Shown: positions 47,701 to 60,100 of the stretch, one piece after another
Layout: every line of letters starts with the position of its first letter
How positions within the stretch are numbered: position 1 is the stretch's first letter
Origin: Neodothiora populina
Taxonomy: Eukaryota
DNA length: 64,000 nt
NCBI RefSeq assembly: GCF_041146345.1
Contig: NW_027191404.1
Coordinates: 558,001-622,000 of the forward strand
Direction of reading: 5' to 3'
The notes under the pieces: generated by a model
What the model saw: the letters and a program-made list of their open reading frames with translations, nothing else
Told to the model about the DNA's origin: nothing
Database searches by the model: none
Made by a program: the position numbers and the translations under genes

Positions 47701-50130
47701 GTTCGGAACCAAGACTGCACTGGCTGTCACTACAGTTCCACCAGATATCGTTGTAGTTATCTGCCCATCAGCGTTGGAGGGAGCCAGGAAGGTGGTTGGC
47801 TGCCGATTAACAACAGCAGTAAAGGGAATGATTACCGGGTCGCTCACCGTGCCCGTAATTCGTGGAAGGGTGGTGGGCTTAGGCAAATCCAGACTGGGGT
47901 TTGCCTGTTCGGTCTGTACAACTAATGCGCTGCCAGTAGGTGCAATGTATTTACCACCGGTCGGAGTAGGTAACATGAGTGAAGCGGCTGAGGAGGCGAC
48001 CTGAGGCGTCATGGTAATTAATCCTTCAGATATTGGTCCTGGGGTGGGGATGAGGAGTACAGTAGCTGATGTTTCAACACTGGAGGCGGCAGAAAAGGTC
48101 TTGGGAGCGGTCGACAAAGACTGGGAAACAGCCGACTCGGAAGCGGCAGGCTCTGTTGCAGTAACCGCAAGGACAGCTACTGCACCATAAACTTCCTCGA
48201 CCACTACAAGAAGCGTAGGCTCGGCGACGAACGTCCCGAGTCTAATCCTGGCGAGATTCAAATGCAAGGCACTAAGCTCGCTAGCAAATTCAGCCGGTAA
48301 GTCACCAACCACCTCGGTCTGCCCAGCTGGGTCTTCCTGATCATAGTAGATGGCATATGCTGAAGGGAGAGTGTGTATGGCTCGAGACGTATGGCACACA
48401 TTAGATCCGTTGCGAGCCTTGGTAGGTTTCTCCATATCAACAGCAAATTCAGAGAAGTACACAAAATTTGTGTTTGTCATAGCAGTCGAGGCGACTGCAG
48501 ATGGTCCCGGGAGTACGGTGCTTGCCGGTGCAGGAGTCACGATTAGATCTGAAGGCAACGCGCCTGTGCCTGTCGAAACATTGAGCTGCTGCGTTGCAAC
48601 CTGTGTTATGACAGCGGTGCTAACATAATCAGGAGGTGGAGTGCTGTAGTTGTATTCATATTCGAGAGATGAATTAATCCAGGTATTGAACTCGCTTGTA
48701 ACACTAGTAGCTGGCGCGGCTAAAGCACTTGTAACATTGAAAGTCGTAGTGGCATCTAGCACAGTCCATCCAGTGTAGCTATCATTGGTGTCAAACTGAG
48801 CTGAGATGGTAGCAGCGACGAAGTCAAAGTCAGTAGTGTACCACCAATTCAATGTCGCGTTTGGGATGTTGATGACAGTGCCTCCACAGATGCTGATGTT
48901 AGAGGTCTGGTTCCCTGATGTTAGTGGCGGGGGGTAATCTGAAGCAGTTCCAGGCGGTGACGCAGTGCCAGAGAATGTTATTCCTGAAGGTGCAGAGGTG
49001 ATACTGCTGTTCACTGCCCCTGAATGTCCACCACTAGCACTGGGGAAGAAGCCGCTCGCAACAAAGGAAGATCTGTACGAAGACGCGGATGACGACGCGT
49101 TGACTGAGTTGACGATCCATCCTGAGCTGGCCGCTGGATATGCCGTTGGCCATATGGTCGGACTAGGCGCGCCACTCTGAGCAAAGGTAGGGCCTGACAT
49201 TGGCAGAGTCGCATTTGACTCAATTGCAGACCCCAAGTGGGCAGGGACTAAAATCGGACTTGTCTCCTTCGCAGAGGACGTCTCGTTAGTGCTGGCGGAT
49301 ATTCCTAGAGGAGAGGGAATGGCATTTGTCGAGCCAATATGCGACGAATTAAACGCTCCGGAGGATGGACTAGTCTGAGCGGAAATTGTTGTCACTGAAT
49401 TTGCCTGCCCGAGTACAGATTTAATACTGGAAGTCTGTGCTACCAGGGATGAAGGGGATGATCCAGAAGACGCGAAGAGCCAGTACGAAGCAGTAGCTAC
49501 TTGTGAAGCTACCGGCACAGCCACAGAAGTGGTCGCAGACGACACTCCCTGGAGCCCACCAGCATCAGAACTTTTTGCAGAGCTGTGACCTAACGCTGAC
49601 AACGGCAAATTCGATCCCACCCTCCCGCCACCAGGTATCGATGTCCATACCGAAGACTGGTTTTCCGTTGTGTTGCTGAAGATAGGTCCACTGGATGTGG
49701 ATGTCTGGATGGTCGGGGCAGTCACGGCGTTCGATTCTGTTTCTGGGGGAGAATTTAGAGAAGGCTGGTCAGTCGTCGCTACTGCAGTCTGAGCATCGAC
49801 CAAACTCGATGAACTCCGCGCAGTTGCAGCCGAGGGATTGACAGTGTCCGTCGAAAGAATGCTTGACGAACTCGTTTTCGAAGTTGAAACGCTTGAAGAT
49901 GATACAAGACCTGCATATGCATTTGAAGATGTCCCATCTTGGCTGGATGCTATACTCGAGGAAGGAACACTCGAAGTGTTTGTTGCTGAAAATCCTAGAT
50001 CTGTGGAGACGATTGTGCTCGACGTTGATGTGATTGAGTAGTTCCAACCGGAAGATTGTCTCTGATCAGAAACACCACATGAACACGTTGATATCAGTAG
50101 GGCTGCGATAGTAACGGTACGCAACGTCAT
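44722..50130 (-). CDS. 1802-aa secreted Ser/Thr-rich mucin/adhesin-like protein, probably GPI-anchored, intronless
   Basis: Signal peptide MTLRTVTIAALLISTCSC; Ser/Thr-rich stalk; Gly/Ser linker; about 10 TLTPGG-type repeats; hydrophobic C-terminus after a small-residue site (QGSA). Confidence 0.88.
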   Translation of the reverse strand: MTLRTVTIAALLISTCSCGVSDQRQSSGWNYSITSTSSTIVSTDLGFSATNTSSVPSSSIASSQDGTSSNAYAGLVSSSSVSTSKTSSSSILSTDTVNPSAATARSSSSLVDAQTAVATTDQPSLNSPPETESNAVTAPTIQTSTSSGPIFSNTTENQSSVWTSIPGGGRVGSNLPLSALGHSSAKSSDAGGLQGVSSATTSVAVPVASQVATASYWLFASSGSSPSSLVAQTSSIKSVLGQANSVTTISAQTSPSSGAFNSSHIGSTNAIPSPLGISASTNETSSAKETSPILVPAHLGSAIESNATLPMSGPTFAQSGAPSPTIWPTAYPAASSGWIVNSVNASSSASSYRSSFVASGFFPSASGGHSGAVNSSITSAPSGITFSGTASPPGTASDYPPPLTSGNQTSNISICGGTVINIPNATLNWWYTTDFDFVAATISAQFDTNDSYTGWTVLDATTTFNVTSALAAPATSVTSEFNTWINSSLEYEYNYSTPPPDYVSTAVITQVATQQLNVSTGTGALPSDLIVTPAPASTVLPGPSAVASTAMTNTNFVYFSEFAVDMEKPTKARNGSNVCHTSRAIHTLPSAYAIYYDQEDPAGQTEVVGDLPAEFASELSALHLNLARIRLGTFVAEPTLLVVVEEVYGAVAVLAVTATEPAASESAVSQSLSTAPKTFSAASSVETSATVLLIPTPGPISEGLITMTPQVASSAASLMLPTPTGGKYIAPTGSALVVQTEQANPSLDLPKPTTLPRITGTVSDPVIIPFTAVVNRQPTTFLAPSNADGQITTTISGGTVVTASAVLVPNLQPTSTPTNKVDSGGIGGIFSAIQSGVDTQSASAGGSGKDNSGSGNGGSATGGGNTASGGAGTGSNGGTSGSNSGGSGSGSGSGSGVSTSDSDANTGGTGTGSGGTSGNGGTGSNGYGIPAQQSPDLSGLFSAIGEVGQSAQPGAQTTGGSGAGSSQSGASNSGSGGSGGSDSSAGSSGSNGGQSGNGASSSNNNNNNNNNDQGQSNNILLPIAVSIGDSKTTIGPSSNVVIGSQTLVPGAPAITVSGTPISLGSTAVVVGGATHTFASSPNTIGSDGGSSGSNAGSNMPGVITIGGATVSQIAVPVYAVDGTLVQPGQTVTIHNKAVYVGSNDALVIDGSTISTAALGSPTTFRAAGETVALAPTSAYVVEGGKTLMSGGSPITLDGTQYSLAPSALIIDGSKTSTLALSTTSGPLALTINSMTFTANAATEFLLSPGNVLSPGGTATISGTVVSLGPNGQVAVYNGVTQTLSPPIVTPAPPFTIAGTVYQPNMGSTYDISGQKLTPGGVITVSGTTVSLASGASAIVVNGVTRTLQALTPVAATPLTTRSPILTIGTNIITGKEGSTFVVDGYTLTPGGAITLQSGSSVTTVSLGAPGSGIVIINGVTSTIASAGVAAATLPMLTLDGHVYSAVDVDSNPAYIISGQTLTGGGVVTLNGARGVETVSLSPGGSVLVVNGVSSTLSPAATITPGPLTIDGQVYTAVSGRTPPTYVVSGQTLTEGGTIMLRGQDGTTETVSLSPDGTYFVINGKTSAILAAPTITAAPQITVDGQIITPEAGSGTSYLVSDKLLTPGGSVIFTGPNGLETVSLSPDGKTLVEVVSGAVTTSALPTAFATAQPAAPLITIGGDIFTALPGPGPSYRLPDGKTLHPGGPALTETLHGSVYIISLSASATVLVVEDVGSDGIVSRTEFETLFPATLTRGRGSTATSVSVSTAQSLTRTDSGAGGARQTGSGDASLQGSATTNIDKRLGSSLLLGALNVALFAILL
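47098..47124. repeat. (GTT)9 microsatellite encoding poly-Asn
   Basis: Nine perfect GTT units giving N9 in the mucin ORF. Confidence 0.95.
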
Positions 50131-52338
50131 TATGCTGCTGTTAAATAGCGAGTGTAGAATTTGAGCGAGTGTTCATGGCGACAATTACAGCAGAATTGAA
50201 TCACAAAGTAGGTATCACAATCGCACGAAAGGAATGAAGCGCGACGAACATAAATGCAAGTAAGCAAACGTGAGACCGAACGATACGAAGCCTGACCAGG
50301 CTGAGGAAGAGGACTAGGAAAGTAGTGGATTCAAAGGTACTTGGAAGTTGAAGGTACGGTTTCTAGACAGCACCAGGATTGCGCCAAGATTACCAGCCCG
50401 ACAGTGAGGATTGACGGGCGTTGCGACCCGCCCTTGTCACTCGCGTGTATGTGCGATATTCGAGACACCCGTCCGCGTAGCGATGCACTGCGAATCATGT
50501 GAGAATCATATAGAGTGGAGACGGGCAGCCTGATTTAGCATCAGTCTCAAGGACCCCAGACGGTTGATTACTGGGTCTCCCTGGCAGACTAACGGCCGGA
50601 ACTCCGACTAGCGCCACTAAGCACTACTTGACTCGGCTTGACAGCAGGTAGGTTCGACTTCAGCGAGCTGAGATCCAAGACAGACCTGCGTGAACAACAC
50701 CTGAACAGGGCGTAATAATGTGTTGGATGGGATGCATACGAGGAGCATCTCACCGTATATTGGTCATGACCTCACGAGCTTCGTTGGGCCTGTACAGTGG
50801 TGTCCCAGTCCTGCGGGAGCAGGTTTGGCAAACCACAAAAAAAAACCCCGGTGCTACACACAGTACCTTGCCTCGCTGTATGTATGCGGGGTATGCAAAA
50901 ATACCCAAGCCAAGGTAGTTGCATTTGCGTTTGTGTTCTGGACCTCAGCATTATCACCTTTGTACTGTTCAAAGTAGTAGGCAATGACGACGGCCACAAT
51001 ATTGTCTGGTTTGCAAGGATCAGACTCCCCCAGTCATCATGCGACTAGGTTCTCCTGCACGATTGTGGTATCTAGTAAGATACTGATCGACTCCAAGGGT
51101 TCAACATGAAGGAAGCGTGATGCTGAATATCGTGATCAGGTCCGAGGGGTGCTTTAAGCATAAAGTATAGAAGCAAATCTGCTCTCCCTGTGTCAAGGTA
51201 CGTTGCGTGTTTCCGTTGCATTCCATATTGCGGCTGTGTTTGCAAGCATAACGTCGGTGGTCAGCAAAGTATAAATATAACAAGCATCCTTGTAGACGGC
51301 GACGAACCTAGCGCGTTCGCCAGCTTGTATATGGTAAGGTACCTTGCCATGCTCACGACTTACGGAATAGACTTTCGTTCGCGATGAACGTGTGGATCAC
51401 AATGGGCCGATGGATGATGCAGTGTATATCATAGTGATGCGTGCGATGGTTCATGGGCAGATCTTCTCGAGATTCTCATCACAGCTATGTAGGTAATAGA
51501 GTAATACTTGTTTTTTGCAGTATGATGTCGCTGCTCTGTACCCCGAAGACTACAAAGACTGTACAGTACAGGACTGCACTGTCGTGGAACGGCACGAGTT
51601 CCTATTAAGGAATGGGTAGGCGAAGTGCCTGAAGCCAAGGAAAGCACGAGCGAGAGCAGGGACTCGATGTAAATCACTGTGTACCTACCTTAAAGAGTCG
51701 TCGATAAGGTCCTGCCTTGTCCGCGGGGTACAGATTTTTCCTTGGAGCATCGAACCATGATAATCTCTGTTTTATTGAATTATGTCTCTGAGGGTAGAGC
51801 TCAACGTTCTGCATCGGACAGATCGTTGTTGCAACTACAACAATGTTACTCCTATGAGACATGTCGCTCATCCAGCAACGAAAATCACGGTACAGAGAAG
51901 CCAATCTACTGCAGAGTAGCTCGACACTGACCACATCGTATTCCTGATCCTGCACTATCCCGTGAAAGGAATAGGGCTGATGCACTCGGGTACCCGGTGG
52001 TGAGTACTGTACCGCAAGCTACCGTACAGTACCTAAGGTCTGTACCCACAAGCCACTGAATGGGCAAGGTAGGGAGGATTACCACCCTCCGATGGCGCCC
52101 TGCGCGACGGGAGGGATGCCACGCTATGAAACATGTACCGTAAGGTAAGGTAGGTGACTTGACGGGTTCCTGCCATTGTGTAGCCTTGACTCAAACCTCT
52201 CGTGGCTGACAGGAATGCGGCTTTTTTCACATTTTGATATCTTCAATTTCGTGCCAATTCGCCGATATATGTTGTCGCAGCGCGGCTTTTGATGCGCTCC
52301 ACTTGTTGCTGAGCGCCGACTCCGAGTTGCCTGGCAAG

Positions 52339-54464
52339 ATGCGCATTGTACTTGTATATGGATGTTGGTGGATATCCTTCCTCAGCCTTTGGCAAGCTAC
52401 TGCTGTTTGCGCCGCTACCCTGCTCCCTCGAGTCGAAATTTCACCTGATCCAATCGTTTTCAACCCGGATCAAGCCTGGGAAGGTATCGACGGCTCTTGG
52501 AACTCTTTCACACTCCGAGTAGGCACACCCGTACAGACAGTCCGCGTCTTTCCATCATGGAAGTCCTACCAGACCTGGGTTGTCGCGCCACAGGGATGCA
52601 TATATGCTAGCGATCAATCGAGCTGCAATGATGCACGAGGTGGCATTTTTGATTACAACCAGTCAAGCACCTATGAGGATGTTGGTATCTACGCCATCGA
52701 CGTCGAGGATGATCTTGGCTATGTGGGCAACGCACAGTACGGCTGGGATGTTGTGACCCTGGGAGGCCTGGGAGAAGGAGGACCAACATTGCACAACACC
52801 ACCGTAGGTGCGCTTGCTGTATATGACTATTATCTGGGTGCTTTCGGCTTGAACCCGAAGCCTACAAACTGGACTACACTCGAGAACGGATCTCCGAGTT
52901 ATATGACACAACTCAAAGAGCAGAAGTTCATACCGAGTGTTTCGTTTGGATACACAGCGGGTGCTCCGTATCGTAAGTATTTTTTCTTTTCTCTTTTTTT
53001 GTGGTTCTTTTGGTGTCAACAACTGCGAATAAAGCTCACAATGCTCAAGGTTTCTACGGCGTCCTTGCTTCTTTGACTCTCGGAGGTTACGACTCTTCAC
53101 GCTTCCAGCAAAATGATGTGGAATTCACATTTGCCTCGGACAACGAGAGGGATACGGTAGTCGCAATCCAGTCGATTACGACGCCAAATCAGAACGATTC
53201 CGACACAGACAAGGTGCTTCTAGCCAATCCCATATACGCCCTCGTCGACGCGACGGTACCCCATATCTGGCTACCGATGTGGGCATGTCTGCAGTTCGAG
53301 CAAGAGTTTGGACTCATCTACGACAATGTCACCGACCTATACTTTGTCAACTCGAGCATGCACAGCGAATTGCTAGCACGCGCCGCCGAGGTCACGTTCA
53401 ACCTCGCCCAAGGCCTCTCGGGTGGTCCGACGGTGCAGATCACCCTTCCATACTCTGCATTCGACCTTACCGCACTACCACCATATCAAGGCCTTGAAAA
53501 TGCGACGAGATATTTCCCACTTCGTCGTGGACACAACGACACGCAGTACACGCTCGGCCGCACCTTTATGCAAGAAGCGTACATCACGGTCGACTATGAA
53601 AGGTCCACGTTCAACGTGTCACAGTGCACGTGGGTGCAGAATGCCGGATCGACAATTGTCAGTATAATGCCTGCAGTAGAGGGCGAGAACACACAATACA
53701 GCGGCGCCGGCTCGACAGGTGGCAGTGGATCGACGGGTACAAGCGGCGGAGACATTGCAGGCATTGTCGTTGGTGTGGTCGGTGGCCTTGGTGTGATAGC
53801 TGCACTGGTCGCGTGGTACATGATACGGAAGCGGAAGAATCGAAGACTGGCAGCAGTCGAAAAGGGCAACTCATCATCTTCGTCGCGAGACTCGACGAGC
53901 AGTAATTCACACACGGTCGTGGAAAACAGTGCCGGGATACATGTATTTCCGAAGGCTGAGCTGGAGGGATCGAGCACTCATCCCGCGACTGATGCGTCAA
54001 AGTTCCAATTCCGACCAGGTACGCCGTCCACACCGACGGACTCGCCGACACTGGGAGGCTGCGGGAGCCACATGAGCAACTCCACCCAGACCACGGCAGT
54101 CATCAGCCCGATGATGGTCGGAGATCATAACGCATTCAACGAGGCGGGAGGAGCGCAGGTGTTCGAGATGCCAGGAGACATGCCCTCGATCAGCCAGGCG
54201 GACGGGCGACAGATAACGGAGAAAGACATGATGAGACGGCGAGAACAAGCCATCAACGGCGTCGACCCGCACGATAGCCTCGAGTCGCAGGTCACCACAA
54301 ACACGGATCCGCAGGCGAGAAGGACAGTACAGCCCGAGGAAGTGGTACTGCACAAGGCAGTCCACAAGCCCGGACACGAACCGAACACGCGGCATGAGCG
54401 AGGATATTCGAGGTTCAGCTTCGAGGAAGACAGCGAGGTTGGCACATCGAGAGCGCTAATATGA
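52339..54464 (+). CDS. Type I membrane pepsin-fold (A1/yapsin-like) protein, probably inactive; exons 52339..52972, 53050..54464
   Basis: Signal peptide; WEGIDGSWNSFTLRVGTPVQ, IPSVSFGYTAGA, SLTLGGYD, LVDATVPHIWLP, YTLGRTFMQEAYITVDYE; TM IAGIVVGVVGGLGVIAALVAWYMI followed by RKRK. Confidence 0.88.
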
Positions 54465-55011
54465 CAACGAAGTCGATTTTCGACATGATTTCTTTTCCTC
54501 TGCGACATTTCTCGGGATGGGTACGATTTGCAACACTATTGCAGCGGCGTTGAGGTAATCCCTCGGGTTTTGATTTTGCGATACCATATTCCACCTTGAA
54601 GGAAATCACGGCGGCCATCTGAACTGGATGATTCGGTATATAGTAAGAAGATATGATTAATGGTAAATCTTGTAGTCGTCTCCTTGTCCACAACTCAACT
54701 TGCACGCGTGTTGTACAGCAGTGTTGTATTCAACCGACCCACCGATATATAGGTAGCTATACGATCGGTTCCGTAATTCCATCAACCGAGTGTTGGTCAA
54801 TCGATCGCCACAGATACAGGAATGTGCTGGAATGGCCACGGTGTTGGAATATAGACGAATGCCCATGCCAAGCCGACAATGACCCCAGATTTGATTGTTG
54901 CATCACAATTCTCGAGCTTCGACTTTCTTCCGCTACAATAATTTATTCAATCCGAGTTTCCTTCTTTCGCGAGCGACTGTACGACACACCCACCGCGAGC
55001 TTTTACAAGAC

Positions 55012-55071
55012 AAGGGAAGAGAAGAAGAGAAGAAGAAGAAGAAGAAGAAGAAGAAGAAGAAGAGAAGGGAA
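55012..55071 (+). repeat. 60-nt pure purine tract containing (AAG)11, just 5' of Rrp4
   Basis: No pyrimidine between 55012 and 55071; AAG x11 at 55030-55062. Confidence 0.95.
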
Positions 55072-55086
55072 CAGAAGTCGCGCAAA

Positions 55087-56133
55087 ATGCCCATCCAGAT
55101 CCTGGCTCCCACGCCCGCCCTCCCCAGCAACACACTCCAGCACCACATACACATCAGCGAAGATGAAGAGATGGATCTCGACGACGACCACGAAGACGAA
55201 GCGCTCAGCAGACCCTCGAAGCGCCAAAAGACAATCATCACGCCGGGAGAAATCATCACCTCGGACCCGCAATGGATGCGCGGACACGGCACATTCGCCT
55301 CCAACAGCGCCGACGCCGAGCTCGCCACTGTGATCCGATCAACGCTGGCGGGAACGCTGCAAAAGACCAACAAGTTGCTTTCTGTCGTGCCGTTGCGCGC
55401 AAGATATACTCCTGAAATCGGCGACTTGGTGATCGGACGCATCGTCGAGGTGCAGAGCAGGAGGTGGAAAGTCGACGTCGCAGGAGCTCTTTCTGCCTCT
55501 CTTCTTCTCAGTTCCATCAATTTGCCTGGTGGCATCCTCCGGAAGAGGACCAGCGTAGACGAGTTGAACATCAGGACTTTCTTCGAGGAGGGTGAGCTGG
55601 TCGTCGCCGAGGTGCAGTCGCTTTTCCAGGACGGGTCCGCGAGTCTACACACGCGAAGTCTGCGCTACGGCAAGTTGAGGAACGGATACTTCATCACTGT
55701 CTCCGGCACTGGAGGCGGTGGCGGTGTGGTGAGATCCAAGCGCCAGATCTTCACCATTCAGACCGCTGGACGAGGAGGAGAAGTCGACGTGATCCTGGGC
55801 GTCAATGGATACATTTGGATATCGAAGCACGTCGAGCCGGAAAAGGACAAGACCAACGTCTCCATCACACGCATAGAAGACCAGGTCTCGGCGAGCATGT
55901 ACTCGAGTCAAAACGACGACATCGGCCCAGACACGCGAAGAGAGATTGCGAGAGTGGCAGGCTGTGTGCGCGCGCTGACGGAGAACGGCGTCCGCGTCGA
56001 CGAGGACATGGTCCGCAGAGCTTACGATGCCAGTCTCGACCTCGAGTCCACAGAGGGCGAAGAAGGCGCCACATATCTCGGTGGCGAAAAGGGCAAATTG
56101 ATCGTCGATATGGCTCTCTCTGCTTCCGGCTGA
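55087..56133 (+). CDS. RRP4: Exosome complex component Rrp4
   Basis: [76 protein letters not shown]. Confidence 0.96.
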   Translation: MPIQILAPTPALPSNTLQHHIHISEDEEMDLDDDHEDEALSRPSKRQKTIITPGEIITSDPQWMRGHGTFASNSADAELATVIRSTLAGTLQKTNKLLSVVPLRARYTPEIGDLVIGRIVEVQSRRWKVDVAGALSASLLLSSINLPGGILRKRTSVDELNIRTFFEEGELVVAEVQSLFQDGSASLHTRSLRYGKLRNGYFITVSGTGGGGGVVRSKRQIFTIQTAGRGGEVDVILGVNGYIWISKHVEPEKDKTNVSITRIEDQVSASMYSSQNDDIGPDTRREIARVAGCVRALTENGVRVDEDMVRRAYDASLDLESTEGEEGATYLGGEKGKLIVDMALSASG

Positions 56134-57190
56134 GAGCAATTTCCCGTCTGTCCCTCGCCCCCTTTTTCTCCCATCGGAGCGAATAGCTTTGCATGGCATA
56201 GACCACGACCGAGCGCTGCGTTCCCACTTCGAGCACACTAGACGCAAAAATCTCACGCGCTCTCAGTCGAAACGCCAGATAACAACAACGACGAATCCGA
56301 TCCGCTCCTGCCACGCCAAAAAGAAGCGAAACCAAGCCTCCCACAGAAGCCACATCCAGTCCCCATCCTCGCAATCACAACCAACGAATGATCTACCAGC
56401 ATACCCTGTTGGTCCCTATCACGTCATTGTCGTTGTGTCGAGACATTGGACCGTACACGAACATTCTCGGCCAACTGCACAGAACCAAATCAACTCCCCT
56501 GCTGTGATTTCACCCAACCCTCCCACGCTCTCCACAGGGGTGTGGCTAGCTAATCTCAAATCACCGCTCGCATAAGACGCCCCCCAGAGAAAAAGAGACT
56601 CGAAGCTCGATGTTTCTTGCCTCATGGATAGACAAACCCACATGACCCCACCTCCAAGCGCGAGGAGCGAAACACGAGTCAAGTGCCACGTGCTAAACGG
56701 GCCGATGTTCTTGGGAAAGGTATATAGAGAGAGCTAGATAGACCACGCGCGTTGCGATGTGTTGCGACTTGTGCTAATTATGCTTCACGAGAAAGGGGAG
56801 GAAATGCGACGCAATTCGAGAAGAAGCGGGAGGGGATACAATAGATATAAACCGATTTCTGCATCGCAACCTCGTATATTCTGTAGACTTGACTCTCTTT
56901 GTTTTTGTATTGTGCCGCTATGCGCGCTCTCCTTGTTGATCAAATTGCATTTCTCAAAACAACCCGAAAATGCGTCAGAACATGCAAAAGCCTCTCCCCC
57001 CACAAGAGCCATATGCTCAAGAACTATGAAAACTTCCTAAAAGGCTGAAGAACGAAACCCGCCAGAGTATCCTGCTAACCAATGCTCGCTGTACGAAAAT
57101 AAAACAACAAAAGACGCCCCCCGTAGTGATCTCACTGCTACACCATCGAGACGAGAAGACTGATGACAACTTTTATAAGCGCGAAAAGGA

Positions 57191-60100
57191 CTACCTCCTG
57201 GCGAAACAGCAGAGCAAGCCAGACTTGCTGAGGAACCAAAGACATCCGATGAAACGAACCAGTGCCATTGCAGCGTTCGCCCAGAGCAAGGCTCTGAAGA
57301 AGTTGGCCGTACGTTTCGTGGCACCGGTCTGTGAAAGAAAATCAGTAAAAACCTCTGATAATAGACAATCGAATGTTACTTACCGTGAATCCAAATTTGT
57401 CAAAGTTGTCACTGGTGATGGCGACAGCGAGAGCGGCATTGGAAAAGATCCACAGCGTGACAAGTCGCGTTCGGAAAGACTTGTACGAATCCTCAAGCGT
57501 CTTGGAGTTGTCCTCCTTAGGGGCAACGTAAGGTGTCAGAGCCCGTTTCACCGTCTGTTCAAACTGACTATCGATATCGGCTTGGGGCAGATCCACTTCT
57601 TCGATCACGACTGCTTTACCATCGGATCCCTTTTCAGTAATAGCAGATGGCAGCGCGTCCGCCTTGTCAGATCCCTTGGTACCCCAAGAAACATCGTGCC
57701 AATTGCTGAAAGCATAAACATTCAAGATGTTGATGTAACTGCTCTGGCACACCAAGTACTGAAGGAAAGAAGTGAACATGTGCCAAGGATCGAGGTACAA
57801 GAACGATGCAACAAAGTAAAGACCGAAAGTTGCAGCCAGAGCGACAATGATGACACCGGGGCCTGTAGAGCTGAAGAACGACTGTACGAAATCGCCGGCG
57901 GTATCCGTATCGAACCACGTCGTGTTCTTGTCAGTGAAGGCGTGTATCACAAGATATAGTGCATCGATGGTGATGTAAAGTTGGATCAGACCGAACCAGC
58001 AGAAAGATACGATGTAGGACCAGCGTGAACCCTTGGGTCTGTTACCGAGGGCCAGAATGAACTGCAGCAGAAGGAAAGCGAGATAAACATATTTGACGAT
58101 TGTGTTGATGATGGGCGTTGCACTGTTGCCGAAGGGAAAAGCCTGGTTATCGTTGGAAGTACTGGGCGTGCCGACAAGATCCAGGATAACAGTCGTAGTG
58201 AGCCAGTAACACGAAAGAGCGAACCACGTCAAAATCTGTTGTATAATGTTGTAAATCATTTGCACATGCAGGAAGAACATGCGAATGATGTTATGGCCAG
58301 ACTTGTACATGCGTCCGAAATGCATAAGGGAATAGATGGAAGCGGCAAAGGAGCCGTTAAGCCATCTACGACGCTGACTGATAAATTCGGCAGCACCTTC
58401 TGGCACATCGGTTTCACCCTTGGAGGCCTTGACATATGTCAGATGCCACTTGGAGCCTGCTTTGGCCACCAGCTCGAAACACAGAATACGATCTTCGGCC
58501 AAAAACATGTTCTTGGTGAAAATGTTCATGCCCTCGATACCCTTCTTTCCCAGGATCTTAGACAGAGTCTGGTCACCGTGGAAGTACTGCTCGAGAGGGC
58601 GACCCATGATAGCACGGAAGCGGTATGCGGAAAAAGCACCGGGCAACACCGACACGTAGCCGAAGGAACTCTCGAGTGGTTTGTCCAGAATATTTGAGAT
58701 TTTGTACTCGAAATTTTGTGCCGCGACGAGAGGGTTGATCAGGTTTTTCCAATTTTTCCCCAACATAGCGTGAATCTCTCCACAGGCTCCGCCGAGATCT
58801 TTGTCGTTGTAGAAAGCCTCCCATAAAGCGAGCAGGGACTTGGGGCCAGGCTTGGTACCGGCATCGAGCAAGATACAGACTTCGGGGTTCAGAATGCGGC
58901 CAAAGGCACTGAAAAGCCATCTGTGGGAGTTGATCTTCTTTGTGTTCTTCTGCTTGAGACAGAACATCATCTGCACGGGAGGCAAAGTAGTGGGGCCATC
59001 ATCCAGGGGTCGAATGAGCTGCTGATTAGGAGTGACAGAGAGCTGCGTGGTGTACTCGAAGATGTGGGCAACAGTCTCCTTCCCGTCAATATCCTTTTTC
59101 ATTATGCCATCTTGATAGACTCCAATGGTTGCGAGCAAGTCAAGAGTGCCTTTATCACAGGGGTCGATGCCGTCGAACACGAGGCACACCACAATCTTCT
59201 GCCAAGCTGGGCCACCTTTGTTCCAGAACTCGGACTTTTTGATGTTGACAATGTCGCGGATGTTCTGCATGACACCGTGTAGTGTTCTTGAGGTCAGGAC
59301 TTTGTCTTCGTTGTAGTAGGTGATTGCAATCAACAACTCGGTGTGGCGGTTGTACATTGCAGGACGAAGATTGTATCCGTTTTTTAGTGTGAAGTCATTA
59401 GGATCACAAGTAGCAGCAGTGTCTATTACGCAGAAATCAATAATCTGGACAGGGCAGAGATTCCAGGAAGAAGCAGCGGATTCCTCATTTTAATGGTATA
59501 GCAAGTCCTCGGGCTACATTTGGGAGAAATGGAAGCAGAAAGGGACTTAGATCTTGCAACTTACATCGCATGTGTGTAAATTCTTCGCTGCCACTCTCGA
59601 GATCGTTACGATACTTCGCCTGAACAGCATTCTGGATGGCACTTGGTACCGGATAGTCTGCACTAAGCACAGCTCCCTGGGTAAGCTTGACCTTACGAGT
59701 TGCGTTTCTCTTGAGGCCTCCTGAAGCAGCAGCAGGACCTCCAGGTTGCTGACGTTCAGCCCAGGCGGCAGTCGAACCCGTCTCGCTTCGGTCGGGGCCA
59801 GCATATGCGGTTGGTGTGTCTGCAAGAGAGCTGCCTGCTCCGTACTCGGTGTAGCCAGTATATGGTGGGGCATTGCCGTTGTAGTCGGCGTATGACTCGG
59901 TCAAGCTGTAGCCGGTGTCGTGGTGGTCGCCCATGGGATCACGGTCGTGCTCTCCTAGAGGTGTCGTTGAGGTGGATGGTTCATCAAAGGGGCCATGAAA
60001 GGGGCCTGTGGGATTCTCGTGAAGCAGAGAGCGTCCGACTTCCTCGTCGTCTGAATCATGTACTTGGCCGTTGTGATATTGCTGTTCGAATTCAGATATG

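Noticed and set aside
50640..50670. GGTTCGA B-box-like sequence suggesting a tRNA
   Set aside because: No cloverleaf, A-box or acceptor stem.
54895..55086. Poly-Lys N-terminal extension of Rrp4 in the ORF track
   Set aside because: Starts at TTG and merely translates the microsatellite; the ATG at 55087 in AAAATG context is the likely start.
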